Assembly: GCF_009914755.1 (NCBI RefSeq)
Contig: NC_060947.1
DNA length: 64,000 bases
From: the human T2T-CHM13v2.0 reference genome, Homo sapiens
Direction: 5' to 3' (one strand)
The position numbers were made by a program, and so were the translations under genes. Within the stretch, counting starts at the first letter, position 1. Each line of letters opens with the position of its first letter. The notes beneath the pieces are model-generated. The model saw nothing but the letters and a program-made list of their open reading frames with translations. It did not search any database and had not been told where the DNA came from. Below, one piece after another: positions 45,027 to 61,912 of this stretch.

Positions 45027-48000
45027 TATATATAGTTTTATGAAAACTTCTAGAGTTCTTGTAAGTTGCACTTATACCGTAGCCTCCTTCAGTGTGTCCC
45101 TATTCCCCATCCTGTGATTGCGTTCTTGTCTGCAAGCTGGTCTCATAAGCCCACAAGTGTGTGTCATGCCTGTCCCCATGTCCTTGATGCCAAGCCCGGT
45201 GCTGGTAATCAGTAAGCATGAGTGAAATAGGTCTTGCAGTCCTAGCACCTCAGACTCAGGCTTGGGACCATTGTCGGCTCCAGCCTTGCCTTGAGGCAAT
45301 CCGAAGCATCTACGACTTTGGGTTTTCCAGAAAAAGAAGTATTAGGAATGGTGTATTTGAAGTCCCTGATGAGGCCATTGGGAAGTCTGGGTTTTTCTGC
45401 TGTGCAGACAGTCTTTGCAAGGGCTGGCATGGGCCCAGAAATGCAATCCTCGTGCAGAGTAGGTGCCTGTGGCAGGAGGCCATGCAATTGGGCTCTAGTC
45501 TTGCTTCATTCAACTGAACCAGGAAAGAAACAGATCCACGCACTCTGATACCCATTTCCGTTGTTCTAGGAGGTAAATGATTTCGTTCCTACAAGCCAGA
45601 CAGTAGCCAGCTTTCACTAAAGAAGAATCGACTCCTTAGTATCTTGTCATGCCATTGGTTCTGATGCATAAGTGAACCCTGTTTTTAACGGAAGCTCCTT
45701 TTTTTTCACCTCAGGACCTACCCAAGACTGTCTAGATACTGGCAGGACAAGGTACAGGAGTTTTCAGCAGAAAGTGGAGTTGCCAGGAGAGATGCTGGGC
45801 ACTTGCACTGTGACTTTGGAGTGCCGGGAAAAGTTCCAGGGTCCCCAGTGCTTACTTAGATAAATGGCATTTAAAATAGTGCAGCCTTTTATCATTGCTT
45901 AGTCTAATTTAGCTCCCCATAATGACATTCTCACTGCAAGGTGGTCATTGCTATCATTTTCTTTTGGGTGTGGCAGTTAGGTATGCCACGTGAGCTGAAC
46001 GGGTTTCACATGGAATCAAAGTCAGAATGTTCGAAAAGGACATTTGTGTTTTTCCTTCAATGGTGCCTTGAAATTGGGCTCCCTCCCTCTTGCTGTGTGG
46101 GGAACTGGGAGGGTATAGCCCAAGCTTGCTTTGTGATGGACAGCTAGAATGTAAAAGCTTAAACTATGGGGAAAGTCTTGCCTGTTTTCCAAGGCTTCCT
46201 CCACCCTGCCACCGAAGAACTTACCTGGATGCCAACCTGGGACCCCTTTGTCTTTGGGCTTTTGCCCTTTGAAACTGTGAATGCTTCAAGAGCCACATAA
46301 ATGCTCTGGCAGTGTCTCCATGTAACTAGTAAATTGTCCTGGCTGGATTCGTTGTGAAATGGAACTGTCCCATTTACTTTGGTTGCAAATAAGGAAGATG
46401 TATGAGTATTGGCCTGGAAATGAGCCCTCTAGTGTAGAGAGGTTATTCTGAGGGTTTAAACTACATGGATAGGCCTTGGGTTCAAGGTTACAGGAAAGGC
46501 TGTAAGCCTGAGATTGTGGGGAATGGCCAGAGCTGGGCTTTGGGTGTTCCTTGTGGGGGTCCCTGTGAAGGTAAGACAGAAAGGCATTCTGGGTGAGCTG
46601 CCTCGGGTCAGCCCAGGGGTGCAGGCTCCTCTGACTGGGACCACAGGCAGCCACCCGAGGCCACTCAGATGCCGTGACTCTGAGACCAGAGGGAAGGGAG
46701 GCTGGGCCTGGTCCCCTGTGTTCCTCAGCAAAGTGCCACATCAGTCTCCTGAGAACACAGCTGTGTGTTCTTTCCAGTCGCTTCTGTTCCCAGACTTCAG
46801 GCAACATGGCAGCTCCCATACTTGCCAGGGTAGTTGGAAGGGCAGCTCTGGAGACAGGAAGTGGAGGTAGAAGCAAAGGAAGGGAGTCCTTGGCTGGGAA
46901 GTGCTTGGGTTCGGACAGACAGGGAAGAAGGGAAAGTATGAGGTGTGTTCAGGGAAGCTTAGAAGGGCAGAGAGGTTTCAGTAGGACATGTATGGGCTAA
47001 AGGGTCAGTTAGAACCAGAGTATGGAGAGTCTGGGATGCCATATACAAAAGTTTGGGCTCTAACAGTCTCCTGATGAGGAGCAATTTTCCAAAACATGAA
47101 AGAATTATTCTAAGAATGACAAAGGGAAGTTAATATAAATTATGACTACCACAGGGTTTGAATTTACACACTGACCACCACAAATTTTATAACTGTAGTC
47201 GTCTCGATGGTTGTGATGCCCATGAGGTGTTGGGCTGGGGGCATGATGACGCTGAGGCAACATGAGAGGGGACGTCTTTGACACCAGGGCCCCAGCCACG
47301 TGTCTCAGGGGCTCCCACTTGCCATGGGACTCGCAGCTGGTTCCATCCGATGCCAGCCCCAGTGCATCTATCACTGTCTTCACAAAACGGGGGTCCTCCA
47401 GGAGTTCTGGACAGCTGCTCTGCAGATTCTTATATACCTTTAATCGAAGGCCTTGGACTTTTGAGAGGAGCGCAGTGCCCTCCTTTTGTGTTCAGGAAGG
47501 CCAAATTAGAGCCTTCTCCACCGCCGGGGAATATTCATGTGGGAAATGGAGGCCTGCTGCAGACCTGAAGGTCAATGATTGTTTAATCTTTCTTTGACAG
47601 CATTATGAAGGTATAATGGGCATACAAGAAACTGCACGTCTTTAAAGTGTACAGTTGGAGGGTTTTTGGCATGTGTGGACACCCATGAAACCTCCCCCAT
47701 AATCAAGACAGTGAATTGATCCGCCACTCCCAAAAGTGGCCTTGCGCCTCCAGCAACCCCTCTTTCCTGCTCCTCACTGTCCCCCATCCCCACCGCCACT
47801 GCTTGGCTTGCTGTCACTATAGATTAATTCCCATTTTCTAGAATTCCATAGAAATGGACTCATACAGTGTATGTCTGGCCTCTTTCACTCAGCACAATTC
47901 TTTTTTCATCAGGTGTTTTTGTGCATATCAGTACTCCATTTTTTTTTATTGTTGGTAGGATCCCATTGTATGGGTGGACCACAATACCTGTTGAATACCT

Positions 48001-48257
48001 GTTGATGGACATTTGGGTTGTTACCAGGTTTTGGCCATGACAAATAAAGCTGCTGTGAACATTTGTGTACCAGTTTCTGCGTGGACATATGTTTTCATTT
48101 CTCTTGGATATACGGCTAGGAGTGGAATTGTTGGGTCATGTGGTAACTCTGTGTTCAACTGTGCGAGGAACTACCAAGCTTTTCCATAGCAGCTGCACCA
48201 TCTTATGTTCCCACCAGCAGTGTACAAGCGTTTTAGTTTCTCCATATGCTCACCAAC

Positions 48258-48674
48258 CAATATAGTTTGGATCTGTGATCCCACCCAAATCTCATGTTGA
48301 ATTGTAATCTCCAATGTTGGAGGTGGGGCCTGGTGGGAGGTTACTGGATCATGGGGGCAGGGTTCTCACGAATGGTTTAGTACCATCCTCTTGGTGTTGT
48401 CCTCATGATAGTGATTGAGTTCTCCCAAGAGATGGTCCTTTAAAGGCGTGTGGCACCTCCCCTTTCTCTCTCTTGCTCCTGCTCTGGCAGCGTGATGTGC
48501 CTGCTCCTGCTTTGCGTTCCACCATGAGTAAAAACCCCTGAGGCTTCCCCAGAAGCAGATGCTGCCATGCTTCCTGTACAGCCTGAAAAACCGTGAGCCA
48601 ATTAAACCTCTTTTCTTCATAAATTACCCAATCTCAGGTATTTCTTCATAGTAATGCAAGAACAGACTAATACA
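48258..48674 (+). mobile_element. MaLR solo LTR (MST-type) with 5-bp TSD
   Basis: caatatagtttggatc...cccaaatctcatg ... gcaagaacagactaataca. TSD ccaac/ctaac. Confidence 0.88.
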
Positions 48675-49379
48675 CTAACACTTGTTATTGTCTGTCTTTT
48701 CATTATAGCCATCCCAGTGGGTGTGGGGTGGTATTTCATTGTGGTTTTGATTTGCATTTCCCTGATAACTAATGATGTTGAGCATCTTTTCATGTGTCCT
48801 TTGGCCATTCATATGTCTTCTTTGAGGAAGTATCTGTTCAAGTCTTTTGCCCGTTTTTAAATGAGGTTGTTTGTCTTCTTCTTAAGTTCTAAGAGTTCTA
48901 GACACAAGTCCTTTGTCAGATATGTATTTTGCAATATTTTTCTTCCAAACTCTGGCTTGCCTTTCCATTTGCATAACACTGCATTTTAAAGAGCAGAAGT
49001 TGTGTTATGTTGATGGAGTCTAAGGTATGGACTTTTAAATTTTATAGTTTGTGCTTTTTGTGTCATAGTTAAGAAATCTTTGCAAAACTCAAGTCACTAA
49101 GCCTTTATCCAGTGTTTTCTTATAAAAACATAGACCTGTTTCCTTATAGAAGTTGTATAATCTTAGCTCTTATATTTAGGTCTATGATCCATTTTGTGTG
49201 TGGTGTGAGGCAAATTCACAATTCATTTTTTTATATATGGATATCCAGTTTTTCTAGCACCATTTGTTGAAAAGAGTATCTTTTCTCCAGTTGAGTTACC
49301 TTAGCCCCTTTGTGGAAAATCAGTTGGCCATATGTGTGTGAGTCTACTTCTGGACTCTTCATGGTACCTCATCAGTCAG

Positions 49380-50118
49380 CACTATGAACTGAATATTTGT
49401 GCCCCCTGAAAATTCATATGTGGAAGCCCTGATCCCAGTGGGATGGTGTATTAATCCATTTTCACGCTGCTAATAAAGGCATATCGAGACTGGGTAACTT
49501 ATAAAGAAAAAGAAGTTTAATTGACTCACAGGGCCACGTGGTGAGGGAGGCCTCACAATCATGGTGGGAGGCAAGGAGGAGCAAAGTCACATCTTACATG
49601 GTGGCAAGGAAGAGAGAACTTGTGCAGGGGAACTGCCCATTATAAAACCATCAGATCTTGTGAGACTTACTATCAGGAGAACAGCACAGGAAAGACCCGC
49701 CCCCATGATTCAATTACCTCCCACTGGGTCTCTCATAGGACACATGGAAATTTTGGGAGCCACAATTCAAGATGAGATTTGGGTGGGAACACAGCCAAAC
49801 CATATCACATGGCATTAGGAGTTGGGGCCTCTGGGAGCGCATTAGGTTTAGATGAGGTCATGACGGTGGGACCCTCATGATGGGATTGGTTCCCAACAAC
49901 AAGAGGAAGAGACACTAGAGCTTCCTTCCTCCACTGTGTGTGAGGATACAGCAAGAAGGCAGCTGTGTCCAAGCCAAAGAGAACTATTACCAAGAACCAA
50001 ATCTGCTGGCACCTTGACTTTAGACTTTTAGCCTCCAGAACTGTGAGAAATAAATGTCTGTTGTTTAAGCCACCCAGTCTGTGGTATTTTGTTATAGCAC
50101 CCCAAGCAAACTGAGACA
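49380..50118 (+). mobile_element. MaLR LTR (MLT1A-like) interrupted by THE1
   Basis: ctgaatatttgtgcccc...aaattcatatgtggaagccct | gatgaggtcatga...cctccagaactgtgagaaataaatg...ctgagaca. Confidence 0.8.
49447..49807 (-). mobile_element. THE1-type MaLR solo LTR with 5-bp TSD
   Basis: tgtattaatccattttcacgctgct ... acacagccaaaccatatca. TSD gatgg/catgg. Confidence 0.9.
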
Positions 50119-50745
50119 ATGTCTATCTCGATGCCAATGCCACACTCTCTTGACTACTGTAGCTTTGTAACACGTCTTGAAATCAGGTAATGTGAGTTCT
50201 CCAATGCTGTTCTTCATTTTCAAAATTGTTTTGTCTTTTCAAAGTTTGTCACACTTTCACATGAGTTTTAGAATACCTTGCCAATTTATATGGGGGGAAA
50301 AAGCCTACTGGGGTTTTGATTGGATTGCATTGAATCTATAAACCATTTGAGGGAGGATTGATATCTTTAACAATATTAAGCCTTTCAATCTATGAACATG
50401 ATGTATCTCTCCATGTTGGGAGCCTTCTTTAATTTCTCTCAACAATGCGTTGTAGTTTCAATGTTTAGACCTTGGATGTGGGTTGCTAGAGAACCTGCTA
50501 GAGTGGATTAAATAATTAGTAGATCCCTACATGTGGTTATTGAGTTTATGGGTATTGTTTCAACCATTCCTAGTAACCCTGCATTCTCATTTAGTTCTTC
50601 ATTTATCTAACAGATATAGACTGAACATTTAACTGTGTGCTGCGATATGAGGATGAGTATGACAGAATTAGGTGTATTTTTTTGTTCCTATGATGTTTTT
50701 GTTTAGCCCAGTCCATATTTGACAGCAGCCTTGACCATAATATAA

Positions 50746-51428
<683 letters not shown>

Positions 51429-51483
51429 AGAGTTGTGTTTTATATTATGTGTGTCCGTGTGTCCAAGATTTTTTAGCTGTGTC

Positions 51484-52023
<540 letters not shown>

Positions 52024-52882
52024 CCAAGATTTTTTAAGTACCATTTTCTGAAAAGGGCTTCTGACAGAACCTCACCAAGAACCAGATCTGCTGGCACCCT
52101 GACGTTAGACTTTTAGCCTCCAGAACTGTGAGAGCTCAAATCAAATCAAATCAAAATAAGAAAGTAAGAATTAAATTTTTTTCATTTTTTTCAATGAAAA
52201 TATTCCTCGCCTACTATATAATGTATTCTAGCTGGTTACATGAGAACAAGGTGAGAGGAGGTAGAGAAGGACAAAGGAGGAAAGAGGAAAGCACAGGTGA
52301 GAAGGAGAGCAGCTTGACTGCAGTGACTGAACACTCAGATCACAGGGTCTCCTCTGGTTATGGGAATGGGATGCAGGAAGAAACAAACACAGTATATCAG
52401 TTAGGAAAGTGGCCACAAAAGTAGTAGAAAACCTAACTATGGTGGATTAAAGAATTAGATGCTTTGTTTTCTCACCTAAGGACTCTGGGGTAGCTTTCTG
52501 GCATCGGTTCAGCAGCAGAGCTTTTGGCAGTACGCAGCATCTTTCTGATTTGCTTCGCTTTGCTGCGTGATCACAAAATGGCTGCTGAAGCTCCAGCCAT
52601 CACATATGCATTAGACAGAAGGAGGAAGGGGCAGAGACAGACACTCTGTCCTCTTTTATCAAGGAAGCAACAGTTTTCCCAGAAACTTGCCTGGCAGACT
52701 TCCACTTAGATCTCAGGAGCCAGAACTGGATCATGCGGCCACCCCTAACCTCAAGAGAGGCTGAGAACGTTGGGAATGGGATGGATTTTCATGACCTATC
52801 ACCTGGGGCTGAGCCCACTGATGCCTTGAACAAAGTTGGGGTCTTATCCCCAGAGAAAAAGGTTAGGATGCAGATTGGGTGG

Positions 52883-53232
52883 TGTTATGAGTCAAATTGT
52901 ATCCCCCAAAAAGGTAGGTTGAAGTCCTAACCCCCAGTACCTCAGAATGTGATCATGTTTGGAAGTAGGGTCGTTGCCGATGTAAATATTTAAAATAAGG
53001 TCATACCGGAGTAGGGCGCACCCTTAATCCAATATGGCTGCTGTCCTTACAAAGAGAGGAGAATGCCATGCAAAGGAACAGACACACAGGGAGAAGGCCA
53101 TGTGAAGACAGAGACAGGGATAGAAGTGATGAGGCCACAAGCCAAGGAACACCCGGGGCCACCAGAAGCTGGAAGAGGCAGAAGGACCCTCCCCTAGAGC
53201 CTCTGGAGGGAGCGCAGCCCTGCCCACACCTA
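52883..53232 (+). mobile_element. MaLR LTR (MLT1-type)
   Basis: tgttatgagtcaaattgtatccccc...gaagtcctaacccccagtacctcagaatgtga...ccaccagaagctggaagaggca. Confidence 0.8.
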
Positions 53233-53804
53233 GATATCAACCCGAGGGCCCTCAGCTCTTTATGCCTGAACTCTGGGAGGCTGGGGGTGAGGGAGAGAAG
53301 GCCAGCCTTGCTCAAGCCCCTCCCACTGGCCGGCATCCTGACTACCATTTACAGATGTGAAAACTGAGGCTTAGAGATGGGAAGGAATTGTCTGGAGACT
53401 CAACACTAGGAAGCGGCGACAGATTCATGCCCAAGTTCCAGGACTCCAGCATTGCTGCTCACTCCAGCCAATCAGGGAGAGCAGCTGTGTGAACTCTGCC
53501 CCCAAACTAAAGGGAATCCAGTCGCCTTTACCATTTTCCTAACTTCGCCCATTTGGGGGGATGATTCCATAAGTTGGCCATAACCAAACATAAAAATCAT
53601 TTGATTTTCTGGAAAAGATTGTACAAAAGGAAAGAAGCCAAAGGTTAAATCCTGCCTTGGAATTGGGAAAGCGTTTGGTCATCCCCCTCCCCGCCCTTGC
53701 ACCATATAGGTTCTCAGCTGGTGAGACCCTCAGGAGCGCTGGGGCTGTGGGCCCTGGAGCCCTGCCACCTGCACTTTCTTCCATCCCTTACCCACAATTG
53801 CTCA

Positions 53805-54646
<842 letters not shown>

Positions 54647-54819
54647 CAGGCAGGAACAGGCTTGGTGTGTTTGAGGCCTGTGTGGCTGGAGGCCAGTGGG
54701 CCTCCCAGGGGCAGTGGGGAGGGATGAGGGTGGCAGGGCCAGGGACAGCCATATAGGGCTCGGAGGGCATGACAAGAAGTGCAAGGGCTCAGACATAACA
54801 GGAGCTGTCACCGTAGCTG

Positions 54820-54990
54820 ACATGCACTGCACATGTGCTATGTGCCAGGCCCCAGGCATGACCCACCCTCCCAGGATCATTGTATTGTTTCCATTTTACA
54901 GATGAGGAAACTGAGGCCAGGCTGTGAGGTCATTTCTGCCAGCCACAGGGTTGGGCAGCTGGGGGGTGAGGCCTGGCACCCAGGCTGTCA
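54820..54990. mobile_element. MIR SINE fragment
   Basis: MIR core ccattttacagatgaggaaactgaggc. A similar core lies at about 53345-53375. Confidence 0.7.
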
Positions 54991-56108
54991 CCACTAGCTG
55001 AGGCCCCCTCCCAACGGCTTGGGTGCCTTTCAGCCCTGGACCTCGAGGGAGGGAACCACAAACGCCAAGTCCTCCTCTCCGCCCCAGGGGACCTGGGAAA
55101 GGCCAAGGGTTCTTTTGCCGGGCTTCCGGGTTCCCTGGCAGGAGGGGGAATGCTGTACGTGCTGGATTTCCAGGTTGGAAGGAGACTTTGTAAACCTTTT
55201 CAATACAGCCCCGCCAGGCTTACGGCCCAGGGAGGTGTGTCTGCAGGACCCGGACACATCTCTTTGAAATGCAAACATAAAGCTAGCGCCCCTAGCTCCC
55301 TGCCTTCCTGAGACCACCAAGAGAAAGCTTTCATTTTCCTTTGGATACAGGCAACTCACTAGCGCAGAATGGCCAGCTGCTGACCAGGTGCACTCACGAT
55401 GGATGAGGACATGCAGCAGGGCATCTTGAGATGGCATCTGCCTGACTAGATCAAAGGGTAGCTGACATGCACTGCGCAAAGGATGAGGTTTCCTTCTCGG
55501 CCTGTGATGCCCATTGCAGCTGAGCTCACCTTTGTCTTCTTTCCCGCATTGTGGAGAGGGCTCCCCGGGCTGGCAGGACCTCCAGTCTTCCCAGTACATG
55601 CAGGGGTGGAGCGCCCAGGGTGGGGAGCAGGGTCCAGAGGTGGGAGGGGCTGAGCGGAGGCCATGGATCCGGGGCCCGGGGCGAGGATCAGCCTCCAGCT
55701 ACCCGGAATGCGCTGGGCCCCTGGAGGTACCTGGGTGACTGACAACCCAGGAGCCTGGGGCTTCCGCTGGGACTGTGGCGACTATCACACCTCACGCCAC
55801 TTAAGCGGTTGTCGCTGCTTCTACAAATCCAGCTAGAAACAAAAAGATGGAAATTGGGAGGATGCTGGCCAGAAGAGAAGAAGTGAGGAGCAGGGGCAGA
55901 GGACAGACGGGTCAGCCCTTGACTGAAGAAGGCCTCCCAGAGGAGGCAAAGGCCCGTCTCCACCTCAGGAGGGCTAGCTGAGCTCCACTCCAAACCGGAT
56001 TGTCATGGACCTGGGCTTTGCCTGACAAACATTCCCAAGCTCCCAAGACAGCAGGAGCATCTCAGAAGCTTCCAAACAGAAAGAACCAGCAATAGCAGAA
56101 ATGGATCA

Positions 56109-56459
<351 letters not shown>

Positions 56460-56793
56460 TCACCTAATTTTGTGCTTACTTAGTAGTTCCAGGGCGCTAA
56501 TCTTGAGACAAACCAAGCATGGAAATCTAGCTGTGAAATTCCAGGCGGTCAGTCTACAACCCGGCCATCGTAGAGATGATGCCAGCCCGTGCTCCCAGTG
56601 GACCATGACTCAAGATAGCCAAGGGAACAAGGCACACAGACCTTGTGCCCAGTGCCCCGCCTGCATGTCTCCCATTCCAAGCTCCCTTTTACTCCTCTCG
56701 CCCACATAAAGCTTGAGATGGTTCCTCTGAGGCTTGAGCCTGGCCAGCCCGGCCATTCTCCCACCTGCTAGCACTCGAGTAAAAGCTGCTTTC

Positions 56794-57106
<313 letters not shown>

Positions 57107-57399
57107 TCACCACACCTCGCTTCTTGTATTCTGGCCTCCAAACAGCAAGCAGCCAGACTTGAGTCGGTTACATTCTGCAAACATCTGCTCACTGCAAAGC
57201 TGCAAGACCAAACAACCCCTGCAACAGAACAGAGGCCTCAGAGAGGAAGGGGCGGTGGGCAGCCACCTCACAAAGTATGCGCTCAATTGAAATAAGTGAT
57301 GACAGAGGGGCTGGCTGGGCTGGCTGTAAGGATCAAGTACAGATTCGTGGGTGTTACGCACGAAGAAAATTCCAGAGAACAAAGACCAGACCGTGCTAT

Positions 57400-57735
57400 A
57401 GTGACTGGGAAGGTAAAGTTTATGCATCAACCTGGCCAGTCTACAGTACCCAGTTTTGGTCAAACACCAGTCTAGATGTGGCTGTGAGGGTGTTTTTAAA
57501 TAAAATTAGTATTTAAATGAGAAGACTAAGTACAGCAGATTGTTCTCCATGCTGTGGGTGGGCCTCATCCAATCAGTTGAAGGGATTAAGAGAAAATGAC
57601 TGAGGTCACCCAAAGAGGAAGGAATTCTGCCTCCAACTCGAGCCTTTGGACTCAAACAACTCTTCCCTGAGTGTCCAGTGACTTGCCAACCTCCATGTCA
57701 CGTGAGCTGATTCCTTAAAATCTCTCTCTCTCTAC
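57400..57735 (+). mobile_element. ERVL LTR (MLT2-type) fragment
   Basis: tacccagttttggtcaaacaccagtctagatgtggctgtgag...gggtgggcctcatccaatcagttgaagg. Confidence 0.75.
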
Positions 57736-57821
57736 ACACACACAAACACACACACACGATATGATATATATCATATACATGGTGTGGATATAATGTGTAT
57801 TTTTGGTGTGGTTTTTTGGGA

Positions 57822-58021
57822 TTTTTTTTTTCTTTTTTGAGACCGAGCCTTGCTCTGTTGGCCAGGCTCACCACCACACCCGGCTAATTTTTGTTGCATT
57901 TAGTAGAGACAGGGTTTCACCATGTTGACCAGGCTGGTCTCGAACTCCTAGCCTCAAATGTTCTGCCTGCCTCAGCCTCCCAAAGTGCTGGGATTACAGG
58001 CATGAACCACAGTGCCTGGCT
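57822..58021 (-). mobile_element. Alu with internal deletion of most of the right arm
   Basis: gagaccgagccttgctctgttggccaggct joins directly to caccaccacacccggctaatt. Confidence 0.85.
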
Positions 58022-58402
58022 ATAATATGTATCAAGTATTTGTCAGTATATATGTGTCATGAGTATATGTGTGTTAGAGCGTGTGTATATATATATGTGT
58101 GTGTATTAATACAGTTGTAATGCAGTAAGCACAAACACACAGCAACTAAATGCATAAAGAAAAATGACTAGACATGAAGGAAGACTTCAAGAAAATGCAA
58201 TTACAATGGAATGTTCTAATACATTGTCATTAAATCAGACAGATATAGTCAACAAAAAAAAAACAAGTAAAAATGTAAAGGAAATTGAATAGTACAATTG
58301 TCAACTAGATTTTAGAGATATATAGAAAAGCCTGCATCTCTGAAGCAGGTGCATTTTTCAGAGTCTATAACATATTTTACAGTTATTTATGTATTCGGCC
58401 TC

Positions 58403-58873
58403 TGTTATCCATTGAATTGTGTCTGCCTCCCTCCTCCCCCTAAAAAAAGATATATTACAGCCCAAACCCCCAGTACCTCAGAATGGAGCCTTATTTGGGG
58501 ATCTTCACAGAGGTAATCAAGTTAAAATGAGGTCATTAGGGTGGGCTGTAATCCAATATGACTGTGTCATTATAAAAAGAAGAAATGTGGACACAGCGCC
58601 TTGTATGCAGGGAGAAAGAGGGCTGTGTGAAGATGAAGGCAGAGATTGGGGAGAGGCTGCCACAAATCAAGGAACACCAAAGATGGCCAGCAAAGTCCCG
58701 GAAGCTGGGGGAGAGCCTGGAATAGATTCTCCCTCACGGCCCCCAGGGGGAACCTTGCCCTGCCAACACCTCGATCTCTGACTTCTGGCCTCCAGATCCG
58801 AGAAACAGTCCATTTCTGCTGTTGAAGCCCCCTAGTTTATGGAACTTTGCTATGGCATCCCTAGAGAACTCAA
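58403..58873 (+). mobile_element. MaLR LTR (MLT1B-like)
   Basis: cccccagtacctcagaatg...aagttaaaatgaggtcattagggtggg...ctgacttctggcctccaga. Confidence 0.8.
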
Positions 58874-58971
58874 GCAGCCCCCAAACTACCTTAATTCGAA
58901 AAGGTGATATTTTAAGCAACACATCCTCAGATTATTATCCAATACAACTAAAATACACAACAAAACATGAC

Positions 58972-59273
58972 TGGCTGGGTGTGGTAGCTCATGCCTGTAA
59001 TCCCAGCCCTTTGGGAGGCCGAGGAGGGTTGATCACTTGAGCTCAGGAGTTCGAGACCAGAGGGAAACATGGCAAAACCCCATCTATACAATAAATACAA
59101 AAATTGTCAGGCTGTGGTGGCGCATGCCTGTAGTCCCAGCTATTTGGGAGAATGAGGTGGAAAGATAGTTTGAGCCCGGGAGGCGGAAGTTGCAGTGAGC
59201 CAAGATTGTGACAGTGCATTCCAACCTGGGTGACAATGAGACCCTGTCTCAAAAAAAAAAAAGAAAAAAAAAA
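58972..59273 (+). mobile_element. Alu (old J/S type)
   Basis: ggctgggtgtggtagctcatgcctgtaatcccagc ... A tail. Confidence 0.93.
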
Positions 59274-59570
59274 GATCATGAAATCATAATTACTCAGAAA
59301 TTAAGATAAACTGCAGTATATAAGCATGAGATCAAGAAGGGAATGGAAAGCAAAATTACAAGCTATTCCTAAAGCAAAGCAAAGAAGAATGTTTAATAGC
59401 AAACCTATAGGACACAGTAAAATCTGCATTTAGCGATAATAAAGTGTCAAGCTTATTGATAGATACAATTTCAACACCAAACGCATCACTGGCCATAATG
59501 TTTAGGGTACAGATTGAATACACACTTTAATTTAAAATACCCGAATCACTCAAAAGATACTAATAAATCA

Positions 59571-59928
<358 letters not shown>

Positions 59929-61204
59929 CTATCTGTAGCTTTGGAATATGAAAGTATGAAATTGTATTCACCCAGCCAATACTATGCCCACATATACTGC
60001 TGCTCCCTATTGAAATAGGAACGTAGTCAGTGGGTGATATTTGTAATTTTAAAAGTTCGACACATGGAAAACAATTTGGCTCTTCTAATGGGCATAGAGA
60101 GCAGCTCTCTTCGTCACCACGCAGAGATCTGCCAGGCTGATGGACAACTGGATACCCCCAGAGGATATATTTTGAATGACCTTATCCAGTGACCCATGGG
60201 TGTCATTTAATGCATGAGGCTCCCTGGAGCAGGAACTGACATACCTGCTTCCAGAGCTTTTCAGCCCTGAACGTGCACTGCAAACGCGTAAGAGTGGTAC
60301 TAGCACCATTGTGAGAGCTCCCTCAAGTGTCAGCCAGTGCAAATTCAGACCACCAGTAGAACATCAGATCCTTTTAGAAAAACCATGGAGAAACTGCGTT
60401 TCTCTTACAAGTTAGTTCCCATATCAAGAAGAATGCCACAGGGTGTGTCTGTAAAGTAAAAAACCCACACTCACTGCCAGCTGCCGTCACCTCAGGTTCT
60501 TGTTCTTCCTCGGCATCTTCATCGTCTTCCTCTTCAGCCTCCAGATACCCCTCTTCCCAGCCTCCCTCAGCCTGGTCTTCCATTTCTGCCTCTTCAGTGA
60601 TGGGCCAGGTAAATGAAGCTCCTGAGGATCAACATCTGTACACTCTTGACTTTCTGAAATCTTAAAGAAATTATCAGAAACTGTATTAAATTTATTTTTC
60701 AAAAGTTTTCAAAACTTCATAAAACCTTAACTTATCTATCATGGAAGATATTGCTGATATCAATAATAACACACCAATTTTACTCCAAAAACCCAAAAGA
60801 TATACTGGATAAATTTTAAAGATTAGAAAAAATGTCCATGCACAAAATAAATACACAGACACACATATGCTGTCTTCCTCAGTATTTTGATTGAAATGCC
60901 GTGCTGTAAATGGATTCATGTCTATGCTGCAACTTAAAATAATTTATGTTCAGCATGATACCAAGTATAAAAGGCAATTAAAGAACATGATTTTGATTCC
61001 AAAAAAATCTACATTTAGAGGGAAATTGCAGCCTTCGAGTGCCTTATGCCAAATCACAAGTGAGTGTGTGGGAGTGGCATGTGTGTGTCAGGGGAGTGTG
61101 TGTGGCACAAGTGTAAATGTGTGTGTGTGCATGTATAGGTTGTGGGGGTGGGGGTATGTGATGTATGAGTGGGGGGTGCATGTGTATGTGGTGGGGGAGT
61201 GGGG

Positions 61205-61521
61205 ACTTGCATGTGTACCCCCAAAATTCATGTTAAAACTGAATCAACAAGGTGACAGTAGTAGGAGGTGGGGCATTTAGAAGGTGAGTAGGTCATGAGG
61301 GCTGCACCACCATGAATGAGATTAGTGCCCTTACAGGAGACCCTGTGAGGCAGCTAGTCCTTTCCACAATTCGAGGAACCAGCCCTCGCCAGACTCTGAA
61401 CCTGCTGGTGCCTTGATCGTGGCCTTCCCAGACTAGAGAACTGTGAGCAATAACTGTTTGCTGTTTATAAGCCACCCAGTCTAAAGTATTTTTGTTATAG
61501 CAGCCCATAGGGACTAAGACA
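61205..61521 (+). mobile_element. MaLR LTR (MLT1A-like)
   Basis: ccccaaaattcatgttaaaact...gaactgtgagcaataa...ttgttatagcagccc...ggactaagaca. Confidence 0.75.
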
Positions 61522-61629
61522 AAATGCAAGTAATACTCCCCAGGTTCTTGTCCCAGCTGAATCCCTTAGAAGAGGTTGATGCTCAAGAGACATTAAATGG
61601 CAAATACAAGTCTAGAATGGATTGGCACA

Positions 61630-61912
61630 GTGTGTACAAGTGTGTGCGAGAGTGAGTGTATGTGCAAGTGTTTGTGCATGTGTGTGGTTGTGTGTGCAAC
61701 TGTGTACAGGTGTGTGTGAGTGCTAGTGTGTGCGAGCGTGTGTGGGTGTACTGTGTGTAAATATGTGTGCAGGTGTGTGCATGTGTGTGTGCAAGTGTGG
61801 GGGTGTGCTCGGGTGTGTGAGTGCTTGAGTATATGTGAGGGTGTGTGCACAAGTGTGTCTGTGTGCATGCAAGTGTGTGAGTGTACACATCTGTGAGTGG
61901 GAGGTGTGTGTT
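61630..61912. repeat. TG-rich degenerate microsatellite
   Basis: Read directly. A shorter TG/G-rich tract lies at about 61060-61205. Confidence 0.85.

Larger units (their letters stand above)
47585..50470 (-). mobile_element. L1M(A/B)-type 3' fragment hosting nested MaLR LTRs
   Basis: gatggacatttgggttg, aataaagctgctgtgaacatt, catgtggttttgatttgcatttccctga-like and tagcaccatttgttgaaaag motifs are collinear across the insertions. Confidence 0.85.
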
